Under the pieces are notes generated by a model that saw only the letters and a list, made by a program, of their open reading frames with translations, was not told the origin of the DNA and did not search any database. From Octopus sinensis (Eukaryota), in assembly GCF_006345805.1 (NCBI RefSeq), contig NC_043003.1, forward strand, positions 95,356,001 through 95,420,000: 64,000 bases of DNA, written 5' to 3'. Shown one piece after another: positions 1 through 14,030 of the stretch. Position 1 is the stretch's first letter, and each line of letters opens with the position of its first letter. The position numbers and the translations under genes were made by a program.

Positions 1-1039
1 AGAATCGGTTGCGCACTGAGCGAAATCCTTTGTGGAATTCTTGATAGTTTCTCGATTTATAACTCTCCCTTCAAAATACAAGGCCTTGTACTTCTGCTAG
101 AAATTATGATTTCTTTGTTTTCCAGTCGGTATGTATACTTTTTTTCCATGTTATTCCAGAGTTTTAGCGACGATTCATGAATGTTGACAATGCATATTTC
201 CTCCACATGTAATTTTGTGAATACTTATGTTTTTGTGTGTACATATGTTTGTGCGTGTTCATGTTTCTGTTGGCCATTTCATGAATACACCATTGCTACT
301 ATATAGCTGCCAATAGTCCCTTAGGGCAAACACTATGATCCAAATCATTCCGAGTTTTCTTTTTGTTTTTTTTTTTGGGGGGGGGGTCTATTTTTATGCT
401 TAATCTATCCCGCACTACACTGTCCAGTGTAGCCTTCTCTTTTAAGGATGGGAGTCTGCAGTCTGACGAGTATTTAGTTACTGCTAATTCTAGCACATAG
501 GAAGACCACAAAAAGACTCCAAGTTTGTTCAGAGTGGTTATGCTGTTTTATAAAGGTGTATCATTTATTTTAATTTATCTATCATTTATTTAATGTATCC
601 GCTCAATTTAGTTCACATATATTCCCGATAGTAACAACTTTCCTAAAGATCTAGATATTATCCAGACAAAACATTTCCTGGGCAAACCTAGGTACTGAAA
701 TTTAACCTGGTAAGTTTCACATTTTTAGTCTAATTCCATTTTTATTACTACCAAAGTTCTCATCACTATGAGTGTCACTACGGTATCGATTCGCCATAAT
801 CTTACTACTTCTATCTGTCAATCCTTGTGTTAGAATAAATGTTTTTCTTGTTTCACTGATTGCTCTGTTCGTGTACGTGAAATATTAAATATATAGATAT
901 AGATAGTACACTCAATTGATTTTTACTTGCTTTTAAGCTTATATTCAGTTTCGTGACTAAGACTTTTCCTAAAAATTAAATTAAATATTTAAACCAGAAA
1001 AGGTCATGCAAGAAGGTCCTTTTTTAAGATCAATACAGT

Positions 1040-1260
1040 TGATGTTTGGATCAGGTGTTAATCTACAAGACTGACAAAAGTCTCTGTCTTCTGGATTAAA
1101 ATTTGTTGTAAGATGTGCACGAAGAGAGAATTCCATATGGGTATAATGCTGGGTTGGAAGGAATCGAATAAAGCATTAAGCTTAAGAGTTGATGGGTGAG
1201 ATAGAGAGTGATGATAATGATAAACATGTGCAAATAACGGGCTTGGCCGCAGGATGACAC
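1040..1260 (-). mobile_element. Possible CR1/L2-type LINE 3' remnant
   Basis: FDSFQPSIIPIWNSL resembles the SFFP..I..WN.LP C-terminal motif; short and decayed. Confidence 0.35.
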
Positions 1261-1324
1261 ACAAAAATTATTTGTAGTGTCGTTGAAACAGACAAAAATA
1301 ATTAAATAAATAAAAATAGTGTAT

Positions 1325-1360
<36 letters not shown>

Positions 1361-2020
1361 TATGCTAGTTATAATATGTTGGTTAGAATTTTAGCTAATC
1401 AGCTCTATGTCTCTTTGGGGGTTTTGATTGTTTGTTTTAATCTGTGTGCGGTGTTTGTGCGTGTAGCAATGGCAGTGATTCAGAAACGCAAGTATTACAC
1501 TTATGGCTTGGCACTGAGCTTTGCAAAGGAAATTTGCACTGGTCGAAGAAGAAATATTTTTCTGGTCCTGATTAAGTGTTGTAATATTTAGAATGCACTC
1601 TTAGCAATGTTATACATAAGTTCCAATGAATAAGCATTGGATCAAGGTTTGAAACCAGCTTTTTCTCTTTTGACAAGACAATTTAGAAATATAATCGAAT
1701 AAAACAAAATAAACAAACACACACACGTGTGTGTGTGTGCATCTCGTGAATGGTGTATGTATGTATGTATGTATGTATGTATGTATGTATGTATGTATGT
1801 ATATATGTATGTATGTATGTATTCTTTTATTACTTTCAGTCATTTGATTGCGGCCATGCTGGACCACCACCTTGAAGGGTTTTAGTCGAAGGACTTATTC
1901 TTTGTACGCCTAGTCTCCTTTACCGAACCATTAAGACGTAAACACACCAACATAGACACAAAGACACACTCATAAATATATACATATATATACATATATG
2001 AAAATATAAAATATATACAT

Positions 2021-2053
<33 letters not shown>

Positions 2054-2374
2054 CACACACAAATACATATACATACATACGTACGTACGTACGTACGTAC
2101 GTATGTATGTATGTATGTATGTATGTATGTATGTAGTAGGTATGTATGTATGTATGAATGTTTGTATGTATGTATATATGTATGTATGTATGCATAGGCG
2201 CAAGCGTGGCTGTGTGTTAAGATGCTTGCTTCCACACAATGGTTCCAGGTTCAGTCCCACTGTGTGGCACCTTGGGTAAGTGTCTTCTACTATAGCCGCG
2301 GGCCGACCAAAGCTTATGAGCGGATTTGGTTGACGGAAATTGAAAGAATCCTGTTGTGTGTGTGTATATATATA

Positions 2375-2415
<41 letters not shown>

Positions 2416-2597
2416 TATTATATTATACTATATATTAATTATGCGACCTCTACTAAAAAATATTAAGCGATTCTTCATTTTAATGTTAAACTGTTTTACA
2501 TAGATATTTGATATATGTATGTGTGTGTATACACACACACGCACATGTATTTATGTGTGTTTGTGTGTATGCAAACACACACCACACAACACACACT

Positions 2598-2691
<94 letters not shown>

Positions 2692-3022
2692 ATGCTGAGA
2701 GCCCTTCAGTCATGAATGACTATGGGGTCGCACCTGGAAAGTTACCCTCCGAGGCACACAAGTCCAGGCAATGTCGCTTATAGAAGGCCAGCAGTCACCC
2801 ATGCATACCAGCCTCCCCTCTCCACATCACTGATGCTATCCAAGGGAAAGGCAAAGGCTGATGCAGCTTGGCACCAGTGATGTCGCAACTTATTTCCAAA
2901 GCCGAGTTAACTGGAGCAACGTGAAATAAAGTCTTGCTCAAGAACACAGCACGCAACCCGGTCCGGGAATCTATCGCAAAGCTTCATGATCGACGCTCTA
3001 ACCACTGAGCCATACATATATA

Positions 3023-3060
<38 letters not shown>

Positions 3061-3083
3061 CAGACATACATGTATATACAGAC

Positions 3084-3122
<39 letters not shown>

Positions 3123-3274
3123 CATATGTATATATATATAACATATATATATACATATATACATATTATACATACACATATATACACATACATACATATA
3201 CATACATATATATATATACACACATACATATATATATGTTTACACACACACACACAAACACACATACACACACA

Positions 3275-3305
<31 letters not shown>

Positions 3306-3319
3306 ATATATATATATAT

Positions 3320-4015
3320 AGGAATAAAACTTTATAAGAATTTATCAAGTAATCAGCATGAAAAACCTCATAAGGGAAAAATTCATAATTATCCCCTTTA
3401 AATATATTTATATGTATTAAGGGCATTACTGCACATAAATGCCTCACGCTGTGAGAGACTCTAAAATAAAAACTACCATAATGAATACAGTGTACCGAAC
3501 GCGAGGGAGAGCAAATCTTGAACTGAACCCCTAAAAACAGATTCACCCGCAAATCATATATGATTTCATAGTTAGTGTATAAAATACACTTTGTAATCGT
3601 CAGTGCAGGCATAAACAAGACACATAAAATGAACGAAAAAGTCAACATACCAGATGAACACCAAATGTATCCAGTATAGTACATAGAATTGTTCACACTT
3701 ATGTATCTATGTAAGAAGCGGGCTTTTCGAATTGCATCTCGGTACACGTGTATATTCAGAATAATTCAGCACTGAATATATTTTAGTTAAATTTAAAATT
3801 TAAAAATAGGATAAAATCTTTCTAAGAATTTATCGACTAGTCAGCGTGAAAGTGTATTTTGTACACTAGCTATGAAATCATATATGATTTGTGTCTGAAT
3901 CTGTTTTTAAGAGTTCGGTTCAAGATTTGCATTCCCTCACGTTCGGTACACTGAATTTATTACGGCAGTTTTTACTTTAAGAGTCCTCCATAACGTGAGG
4001 TATTCATGTATAGTA
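3320..4015. mobile_element. Old inverted-repeat element (arms about 3420-3595 and 3845-4015), probably Penelope-derived
   Basis: Diverged reverse-complement arms plus a short direct repeat (about 3325 and 3810). Confidence 0.5.
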
Positions 4016-4019
4016 AAAA

Positions 4020-4233
4020 AACGGCGAGCTGGCAGAAACGTCAGCACGCCGGGCGAAATGCTTAGCTGTACTTCGTCTGCCGTTACGTTCAGAGTTCAAA
4101 TTCCGCCGAGTTCTACTTTGCCTTTCATCCTTTCGGGGTCGATAAATTAAGTACCAGTTTCGCACTGGGGTCGATGTAATGGACTTAATCCGTTTGTCTG
4201 TCCTTGTTTGTCTTCTCTGTGTTTAGCCACAAA
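4020..4233 (+). mobile_element. tRNA-derived SINE family A (other copies at about 5660-5845 -, 9265-9410 -, 9830-9996 +, 11900-12060 -, 25155-25385 +, 25480-25680 +, 39712-39905 +, 40250-40460 -)
   Basis: Head GGCGAGCTGGCAGAA.CGTTAGCA with B-box-like GAGTTCAAATTCC and core GCCTTTCATCCTTTCGGGGTCGATAAA..AAGTACCAG repeated across the window. Confidence 0.88.
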
Positions 4234-5585
4234 GTATTCTGTGCGTGAATCTAACGATTCTGCCAATTTGCTGCTGTATTCCATCTCATATGTACTCCAA
4301 CGGTCAACATATACTATTCTAGTCGACAAAGCATCTTCTTTTATATATAGTAATGCATACAAAATTCCATTGAGAGATCAGACTCTTTGCGACATTGCGT
4401 TTCTGTATCCGGAATAATGTATCCTCTCTGCTGACCCTATAAGTGTAACATAATCCTAAAGTAACCATGTACGTTTTATTCCGAACCAAGAGGCCCGAGT
4501 ACATTGATAATTTTAGTTGCCATTGGTAAAGAATTTGAGAAACATAAATATTGAACAGACTGCTTGCTTCCACAAGTTTAATCCTTGCAGGGGTTACAGG
4601 ACAAATTGCTAGGAGGTCGGCTGTTCGTATCTTTTTTTCCCGTAGGATTGTATCTTGTTTATGACCGAGACGCATAACTCTATATTGGTTAAAGTCCCGC
4701 TTAAATTGTACAGAGATGATCAAACTGTTAACAACTCGATGCAACAAGTAGCGATAGCTATGTTAAATTCACAAATGGTTCAACTTGCAGGGTTTAGTTC
4801 TATCTATACTGTAGATTTGGAGAAGCCTGTCCAGGATTCAGTTTCTGCAACAACAGCTTTTTCAATAATTAAGTTCGAGGGATTTAATGAAGACAAACCT
4901 ATATCAGAACATATATAAGATCAGAAGATGAAAGGCAATGTTAGTTCCCAGCAGGATTAGTGTTCCGAACGAAAAGGGTTGCAACTAAATATTGAAATGA
5001 TTTTAGTACTCTACCGTTTTCATTAAACTGCAGCTTCTTAGAAGCAAATAATGAATCAATATATCGACTTTACAGGTAGAAATTAATAGGACAGTAGAGC
5101 GTCGAACAACATGCATTCACAATCTTTGCCTTGAGCTTAAATACCTCTGCAATGCACTTTATCTTGTATCACTTCGGGTCGATATGATATATTACAGTTA
5201 TAATAATGATATATATCTAACTGATTAGTCCCCGCTTCTACAAAAATTTATCTTGAACTATTGCAGGAAATCAGTTTATTGAATTTTAGATTATTCTAGT
5301 GTTATTTAATCTCTCGAAAATTTCTGTTTTAGAAAACCGTATCCGAAGGATAGCCATAATATTCTAAAGTACATATTGTGTTTACATTGTAATGCTTGCT
5401 CAAGCAGTTTGAATCATTATAAAGATGTCACTGTTATGATCTAACTAAACACTTATCTTTCTGGAAACATGTTACCTTATCATATTGATAATTCTCTTAT
5501 CAGTAAATAAATGTTATCCTAGACAACCATATAACAAATAGGTTACATCCTCTCGACATTATAGTTGAACTAATAACGATATATC

Positions 5586-5643
<58 letters not shown>

Positions 5644-5929
5644 TTCAAATTTTGGTACAAGCAATTTTGGGGGAGGAGATGAATCGATTACATCGATCCC
5701 AGTGTTCAACTGGTACTTATTTCATTCACCTCTAAGAGAAGAAAGACAAAGTCGACCTTGATGGAATTTGAACTCAGAACGTAAAGTCGAACGAAATACT
5801 TCTCAGTATTATTCCCAGCATGCTAACAATTCTGCCTACTCGCCATAATAATAATAATAATATAATAATTATTATTATTATTATTATTATAATTATTATC
5901 ATTATTATTATTAGTAGTAGTAGTAGTAT

Positions 5930-6517
5930 TATAAATGCTCTGATGCAGTACCAGGCAGTGGCTCTCATGGCTTCTGATCTTAATTGATAGGAAGTGTTAT
6001 CAGGTACAAGTGTTATCAAGTGTTATCATGTTATTATTTTTTTTTTGTATAAAAGATGTGTTACAGCAAATATTCTGCTCAATACCACAGATTTGCTTGT
6101 CAGTTGCTTGACCTTAACCAGTTCAGCATGTCCCTTGGTGGCTGATGATATGTACATCTCTGATCACGAGCAGAAGTGGGTGAACATCATAGCCATTTGT
6201 TGAGAGGAATTCTTTGGAGTTTGAATAATTCACCTCTGGAAACATGTGTGTTTCGTCAACATCCTTAGGTAACCCTTATTCAGAGACCCTTTGAGCAGGA
6301 TGGGCTACTTGACTTGAAGAAAATTCTAACTGGACCCTACCTTCAAGGTCATGCGCAGTTTACCTTGATATGCGATCACCATGTCGCGCACATATGGTTG
6401 TGATACATGTGCCTGGTGTACCCTTATCAGATGGGTAGTAATGATGTGTATGCTGAGCTTTGTATATTTTGCCCCAGTGCCACTTAGATGGCATGCACTG
6501 CTCTCTCACTCAATAAC

Positions 6518-6566
<49 letters not shown>

Positions 6567-6590
6567 TTAATAATAATAATAATAATATCG
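5930..6590 (+). repeat. Non-coding unit of about 580 bp between (TAT)n and an (AAT)n tail; probable retroposon
   Basis: Sharp boundaries at trinucleotide tracts; single copy in the window, so family status rests on recall only. Confidence 0.4.
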
Positions 6591-6729
6591 TTAAGGTGGT
6601 GAACTGGCAGAATCGTTAACATGATAGACTAAACGTTTAGCAGCATTTTGTACGTCTTTAAGTTCTGAACTCAAACTTATAATGAACGATAGAAGTAAGG
6701 GGAATATTGTGGGAAACTACTGTCCCATA

Positions 6730-7830
6730 GCATGCCTAAACATAATCTGGAAGTTATTCACTGGGATATGTGCGGCAAAGACATACACTTTCCTGGTAGA
6801 GGAGGAAATACTGCCAAGGGAAGAGTTCTCAGGGTACCAAGGATCACCTGTTCATCTATAAAACAGTTTTGAGGCATTGTAAAGAACATCATACAAACAT
6901 ATCTATAGCTTGGATTAACTTTAAGAAGGCATATGATATGATGCCTCATTCTTGGATCGTTGAATGCCTGCAGATGTTTGGTGTTGCTGAAAAGATCACA
7001 AATTTTCTGATGCATAGCATGATAGAGCGGAAAACCAAATGGTACTCAAGTAATGTATTCCTTGGAGAAGTCAATATTAAAAGGAGAATCTTCCAATGTG
7101 ACACGTTTCTTCCGTTGCTATTTGTAATTGTACTAATACCCATAACAATCACATTTAAGAAAGTTAAGATGGGTTACCGATGTGGGGAGAAGGGCCCGTC
7201 ATTGAACCATCCTATTTATGGGTGACCTGAAATTGTTTGGGAAATCTGAAAAGCAGATAGATTCCTTAGCCAAAACAGTCCAGAAATGTGACAGAGGCAT
7301 CGGAATGGAATTGGGGATTACCAAATGCTCAGTACTTAATATGAAAAGAGGGAAGAAAGCGTCCTGCAGAGGATTGCGGTTACCAGCAGGAGAGACCATG
7401 GGCAAACCCGACAATAGTGGGTATTGATATTTAGGGATTTTGTAGCTGACTGACACTCTACACAGAGAAATGAAAGTTAAGGTCAGCGAGGCGTATCAAA
7501 AAGGGGTGAAGATGGTGTTGAAATCATTGATGTAGCCATACCAAATTACATGACTGCTGTGAGTAAAGAGGTTGAAAAAGTCAAGTATTCCGGATTAAAA
7601 CTGGACATGGCAAGACTATGGAATTCGAGAGGGTAATGTAAAAGTGAAACCAGTGGTGATCGGAGCGTTGGGCTCAATCCCATTGAAACTTCAAGACTTC
7701 TTAAGGCAACTGGAAATCCCATGTAAGACTGATGCCCTGCAAAATGCAGCCTTATTGGACACAGCGCACATTTTAAGGAAAGTATAATTTGTCTGAGGTC
7801 TTTGTCTTCGAAATCCAGTCGCAAGGCTTA
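6730..7830 (+). mobile_element. REL-endonuclease LINE (R4/Dong-like) remnant
   Basis: RT motifs GTKDHL, IAWINFKKAYDMMPHSWI, GDLKLFGK and C-terminal VVIGALG...LQNAALL; many stops. Confidence 0.82.
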
Positions 7831-8274
7831 GATCGGCTCGAGGTTATAGTAGAAGACACTAGCCCAGGTAGTGCTAGGGGTCCGTGAACTAAGTTCAAAA
7901 TTTAATATATATATACATACACACATACATACATACAGACATACACACATAAGGATAAGCATATTAAAAGTGGTCCGTGGGAAAATTCATTTAAATAAAA
8001 GGGTTTGGAACCACTGCACTAGCCCAAGGTGCTACGCAGTGGGACTGAACCCAGAACCATATAGTTTGGAAGCAAGCTCCTTACCACACAGTCACTTCTA
8101 CGCTTATTAATAACATATCAAAAGAAAATTGTAACAAAATGAAAAAAATTAATTTCGTATATATCATTAAATGCTAAATAGACTGTGTATATTAAAATCA
8201 TAGTAAAATTTAGAAACAACAGATCTGACTCTTTTTTAATTATTTTCTTATATCAAGTTTTTGTTCTTTTATAG

Positions 8275-8345
8275 ATATGCCACACTTAACATCTTGTTCA
8301 CCTACATGGTGTTATTTCCTTACCAGTATACATACAGCCAGTCAG
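8275..8345 (+). CDS. Probable upstream exon of the GPCR (xYATLNILFTYMVLFPYQYTYSQS)
   Basis: Pyrimidine-rich acceptor ttgttcttttatag|, consensus donor CAG|GTGAGT. One frame is open throughout and ends in phase 1, matching exon 19251. In-frame ATG at 8306. Confidence 0.55.
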
Positions 8346-8405
8346 GTGAGTTAGTTTTTACTCAAAGATTAATCATAGTTTCTTATGCTTCTCGTGTTTA
8401 TTCTA

Positions 8406-8622
8406 CGAGGGAATACTGAAAGCTTCCTGGCTTTAAGGGTATTGCGAAAGCCCTGGTTGCAGGCCCAATCTTCCGTGTTCTTTTACAGGGCTTAGAAAAA
8501 CTGAGGGACCACTGCAAAAAGTGTGTAATTTTGAGAGGAGAATATGTTGAATAAAATCATAATTAACAAATTCTCCTATATTTTCCTTTACACAAAGCCA
8601 GAAACTTTTCAACACACCTTTG
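8406..8622. mobile_element. Small mariner-derived MITE
   Basis: TA|CGAGGG...TGAAAGCTTCCTGGCTTT and AAAGCCAGAAACTTTTCAACACACC ends; diverged. Confidence 0.55.
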
Positions 8623-8959
8623 AACATAAGGTGCTAAATAGATTTTGAACACAAGCTAAAAAATAACAAGACAGAGACAGAGGGAAGGAGAGAGTCTAAT
8701 AGACACAAGGACAACGAAAAAGTGAGAGAGGAGCCTATGCATGGATGTAAGTAGAATTACTAAGCTGAAAAGATCAGGGCCTGTTATATAAGCGTACAAG
8801 AGACGAAAAGAAGACAAAATTTTACATTGAGTCAATATTTAAAGAGTGTTCATTAATACGACCTTATGTAGCATATGGATGACATTTTATGAAATATCCT
8901 TTCTACTATAGGCACAATGCCCGAAACTTCGTTAGTCGATTTCATCGACCACAGTGCTC

Positions 8960-9261
8960 GGATCTTTACCCTTTGAACGGCAGATCGAGAAATTAATTTT
9001 TTGTAACTAAACACTTTCAAACTTCGGACACTGGTAGAATGTGTCATATAAAACATCTTTCACTCTTAGTGTTGTTGAGAAAAGTTTATATGTTCAAAGT
9101 TATTTCGTGTTAAATTTGTCGTATTTCGGTAATTTCAACCAATCAATGACGTCTATTCAGCTGAATAAAATTACTGCTGTTGTTTTGTCAACAACAACTT
9201 CCGGCGGTGCTTAGTTACTAAAAATTAATTACTCAATCTACCGTTCAAAGGGTAAGGCTCC
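8960..9261. mobile_element. MITE with GG..CC termini and 8-bp TSD (Merlin-like)
   Basis: TIR GGATCTTTACCCTTTGAACGG; TSD CAGTGCTC/TAGTGCTC. Confidence 0.8.
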
Positions 9262-12073
9262 TAGTGCTCTACTGGTACTTATTTTAGTGACCCTGAAAGG
9301 ATGAAAAACAAAGCTGACTTCGGCTACATTTGAACCCACAACGTAATGACAAGCAGTATGCTGCTAGGTATTTTGCCCGGCGTGCTAATGATTCTGCTAG
9401 CACGCCACTTTAACTTCTTTTTTTTTATGAAATATAATGAATTTTTCAATGAGAGAGAGTTGTAACGGATGCGTTCTGTGTTGAAAGGCGAAGATGATGA
9501 TGTTGATGCTGAATCCAAGAAAGAAAGACAGTGGCCGAAGTTGTAGAAAACATATTTATTTCACCATTACATATAATAAAAGCCAAACCACAACGGGCAG
9601 GTGTGTATAAAAACAGTCGGAAAACGAGAGTTATATTTTCTTGTAAAAGGCTAGATAGCTTTGGACTTACATTTTCCCATATTCCCTGTCGTTCTAGCAG
9701 CAGTATCTAAATAGATCAAGTGATGTTGTTGAAACAAAAGTGAGTGAGAAAGTGAGAGAGGGGTGGACAAGACAACTGTATCGCTGGTGGTTTCTATAAC
9801 TGTCCTTCTATCACGTTCTGTCGAGACGGTATTTCAAATCCCGCCGAGGACGACTTTGCCTTTCATCCTTTCGGGGTCGATTAAATAAGTACCAGTTACG
9901 CACTGGGGTCGATATAATCGACTTAATCCATTTGTCTGTCCTTGTTCGTCCTCTCTATGTTTAGCCCCTTGTGGGTAGTAAAGAAATAGGTATTTCGAGC
10001 CGGTCGGCCTGCTCTTTGTCGGTCGCTCTCACACATTGCTTTTTCGTTACAAAATGCTAGTATTTATAATTCTGCAGACTAGCTAGGAAAATAGATATAC
10101 CGATATAACAATGGCTAAATTAATATAGGTCGCGCTTTGTTTACCTAAACTTTCTATGGTATACCAAGGTCCTGGGTGAAACGGAAAACGCATTAATCAG
10201 CGTTCCCTTCTGTCAGGACAATAGGTCGTATGGCTAGGGAGGATTTCTAAATTCGGTTTCGAATCTCAGGCCGGTAGGGCCAAACGAGGTCCTACAGAGT
10301 GTATGTACGTACGTACATGTATATGTGTAGAAAGGGAATGATACCTGTTGGGTCAAAGAGATACCATTTCATGTGTATCGTAAACAACTCAGCTCTGATT
10401 CGAATCCAGTACGGTGAGCCAGAAATTTATACAGTACACTTGCAGCACACAGTATTCAATTGTACCACCTCATAGTATTTATTTAGATTTGAGACTTAAG
10501 GAACATGCTTAGTACACAGGCCGGTGACATGGATACATACCGCGTATTCTAAGTCGGTAGTTTAATAACCACCAACTTGGCAAACTACTTTACCAGACAG
10601 TGAAAATCGTGAGAATACTTTGAATCTGTGGTACATTGACACTACGCCTCTGAGCATGAAGGAGATCTTCCCGGGATCTTATGAGAGGAGAGCATACAAC
10701 ATCGTCTACCCGTTCAAACAGGCTATTTATTTTGCATTGCTTGGAACATGTTAAATCTGTGTTCGAACCCGGGTTATTAAATTCTTCAAGAATATATATA
10801 CTTCCCACGGAACAGTTGTTCAATGCTTTTATACAACCCGAATGTAAGGCGATATGTTTCATTGTTATACATTATTGTACTGTGTTACAATATTGTACTG
10901 TGCGTGTACCGTGATATTATTATAATATCAATATTACAGTGTTTGCAGTGTTATGTTATGCTGTTTGTTTTATAAGGTATTGTTATTCTACATATGTTAC
11001 TATATACTAGTATTGATATTTTGTATTTCTGCTGTCTTTACTGTCATATCCTCGCGTGTTTTATGCTCGTTATGGCAACTTGGGATACAATGAAATCCTC
11101 GCTATAAATACAAAAACAATAAATTGTATTTCAATAGATGGAAATACGATAACACGATGTTTACAGCCTTAATAGAATAATTACTACCGATAATGTAGCT
11201 TGCATCAGTTATGATTGATATTTTATCTCTAGAGTTTTCATCCGTATATATATGGATTATAAAAAATGAGCAAGCTGAAATAAGTTATTTTGCCGTTAAG
11301 AAGAAAACTCTAATTTCTATTCTACTTAGTTCTTATTTATTTTTTCTGTTTACTATTTACCGATACAGACCATCACTTTCTCCTTTAGATTCTACAGATT
11401 CACTTTGATATGGATACTGTGTTTAGTATAGAGGGCGTAGGCATCTGGCTAGGATATTTGGCTCACGAACGTAAGGTCGTGAATTCGATTCCCGGCGACG
11501 CGTTGTGTCCTTGAGCAAGGCACTTTATTTCACGTTGTTCCATTTCACTCAGCTAGCAAAAATGAGTAGTACCTATATTTCAAAAGGTCAGCCTTGTTAC
11601 ATTCTGTTTCACACTGAAGCTCCTTGAGAACTATGTTAAGGGTAAATGTGTCTGAGGAGTAATTAGCCACATGCACTTTAATTTCACGAGCAGGCTGTTC
11701 CGTTGATCGGATCAACTGGAGTCCTCGTCGTCGTAACCGACGGAGTGCCATTTTAGTGTAGAGGGTATTTTTTTTTTTAATCAACAAAAAATCAATAACG
11801 TTGCTATTGTTGTTTCTTGCTCTTGGCAGGATTTGAACATAACTTATTATTTTTCTTAAGGTTCACCGCCCTAAGGAAATTACTATTTTTCTTTTTCTTT
11901 TTTTCTAATTTTGGCACAATGCTAATAATTATCGACCCTGAATGGATGAAAAGGAGCGCTGACCTCAGTTGTATTTGAACTCAGAAAGTAAAGAGCCCGA
12001 AGAAATACCGCTCAATATTTTTTCCGACGGTCTAACGATTCTGCGAGCACACTGTCTTAATATAATAATAATA

Positions 12074-12123
<50 letters not shown>

Positions 12124-12870
12124 GCAAATTGGAAAGGATCAGATCGAGAGGAAGCACAAGTCTATTGGCTGAAGAGCTTTAGACAGTTGCATGAAAGGAT
12201 CGCCTCGCAACTGGATGACTGCCAGCAGCAAGATCACGTCCCTGTCTGGATGACAAGTGGACGAACGCTGCTACGCCTCAAGGATCCCTTGAAAAGGAAC
12301 TTAGCATCAAATTTTCGACCTGTAAACTGCTTACCACTAATGAGGAAGCTTGTAGACGGTGTCTTGGCGGAGGAGTTATACAACCATCTGTAAAGTGCAC
12401 TTCCAGAAGAGCAGAAAAGATGCAGGAAGCAAAGCAGGGCAACAAAAGAAAGCTTCTTAGTTGATAAAATGATAATTAGAAATTGTAGACGCAGATTGAC
12501 GGGACTGAATGTAGCATGGCTAGATTATAAAAAAAAAGCATATATCATAGTACCACGCAGTTGGATAAGTAATACAATGAGCATGTTTGGAAAAGCAAAA
12601 AAATATGCAGAAAATGCTTAATGAAAGTATGAAACATTGGAATACCGAATTGACCGGAGAAAAACAAAATCTCGGAAAAGTGAACATCAGACGTGAAATA
12701 TTTCAGGGGCGATAGCTTAGCTTCATTACTATTCGTATTGGCCATGACACCGCTCACTATGATACTACGGAAAGATAAAATTGCTTATGATTTGGGAAAT
12801 GGAAATGGTCAGATAAATCATCTCCTTTTCATGAATAATATAAAGATTTATGCGAAAAATTAGAAACAGC
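12124..12870 (+). mobile_element. REL-type LINE remnant (RT N-terminal part) directly after an (AAT)n tract
   Basis: LHERIASQL...WMTSGRTLL.LKDP...NFRPVNCL. Confidence 0.78.
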
Positions 12871-12890
12871 TTGAAACATATACATATATA

Positions 12891-13726
12891 TGAGGGGAAG
12901 TCAAAAATGATCCGCACTTTTGCCATAACATACCTTTATTATTATTACACTGCCTTCTGCGCATGCGTGCTTATAGTTGATACTATTGTGGTCACGTGAT
13001 CGAAGTTTGAACCTGATCACGCCATTTTTCTTTCTGGCTTTACAGTGTAAGCATGGTCACTCCACTAGTAATGTGCACCAAAGAAGGACAAAGAGCACTG
13101 ACCCGATTTCTCTGGCCGGATAGTGTGTCAGGTGCTGAAATTCATCAGAGGCACAATACGGGGACAATGCACTACCGCGTAGAAGTGAGTATGAGCGGAT
13201 CGAGAAGTTTAAAAGTGACCGGACAACATGACGCACGAAGAGAGTGCGGGACTCCCGTTAACCTCCACCACTGACGAGAAGATTCAGCTACCTCACTTGA
13301 TGATAACTCACCGGTTGACCGTTACCATATCTCGAGCTTGCTGACTCTTCTCCTCCGTGGTGGAGGTTGACGGGCATCCTTCTCCCTCTTCGTGCGTTAC
13401 GCTTGTCCGGCCACTTTTAAACTTCTCGACTCACTCATACACACTTCTACGCGGTAGTGCAGTTCCCATATTGAGCTAAAAGCCTCCGACTAATTTCAAC
13501 ACCTGGCACGCCTTCCGACCAGAGAAATCGGATCAGTGCTCTTTGTTCTTCTTTGGTGCACATTGTTAGTGGAGCGACCATGTTTACTCTGTAAAGCCAG
13601 AAAGAAAAGTGGCGCGATCGGGCTCAAACTTCGATCAAGTAACCACAATAGCACCAACTATAAGTAAGCATGTGCAGAAGGCAGTAATATATTATGGCGA
13701 AAGTGCGGGTAATTTTTGACTTCTCG
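12891..13726. mobile_element. Fold-back mariner derivative: two 5' halves in inverted orientation
   Basis: Arms of about 400 bp are diverged reverse complements and each carries the transposase N-terminus (MVTPLVMCTKEGQRALTRFLW). Confidence 0.8.
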
Positions 13727-14030
13727 TGGATAAAGAAAAGCGAAGTTGCTTACTTATTGACTCATCATACCCGTTTGATTCCAGGATTGTAAAGAAAGAG
13801 AAAGAAAAACAAACAAAATACAATCCCTTTACGTTTGAAATAGAAAGAATTTGGAGCATGCGAACAGTAAAGGTTGCACCTACAATAGTTGGTGCGTTGT
13901 AAACAATTAACCTAGATATAGACAATTGGCTCGAGGAGATTGAAATTGAATGCCCCGTAGAGCTCCTTCAGAAAGTTTGTCTCTTAGGGATAGCAAGGAT
14001 TATGAAGAGGGTTTTAAGCACGTGAAAGTC
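13727..14030 (+). mobile_element. REL-type LINE C-terminal remnant
   Basis: DKEKRSCY...VAPTIVGAL...LLQKVCLLGIARIMKRVL. Confidence 0.7.

Noticed and set aside
612-709. Possible 5' UTR exon ending in CTG|GTAAGT
   Set aside because: Good donor but no ATG and no independent support.
1319-1591. Hydrophobic 90-aa ORF resembling a TM helix
   Set aside because: Begins in a microsatellite and lacks GPCR motifs; only its MAVIQKRK part is kept as a speculative micro-exon.
4319-4747. 142-aa minus-strand ORF in apparently unique sequence
   Set aside because: No recognisable domain or supported splice structure; length is attainable by chance. A BLASTX hit would change this.
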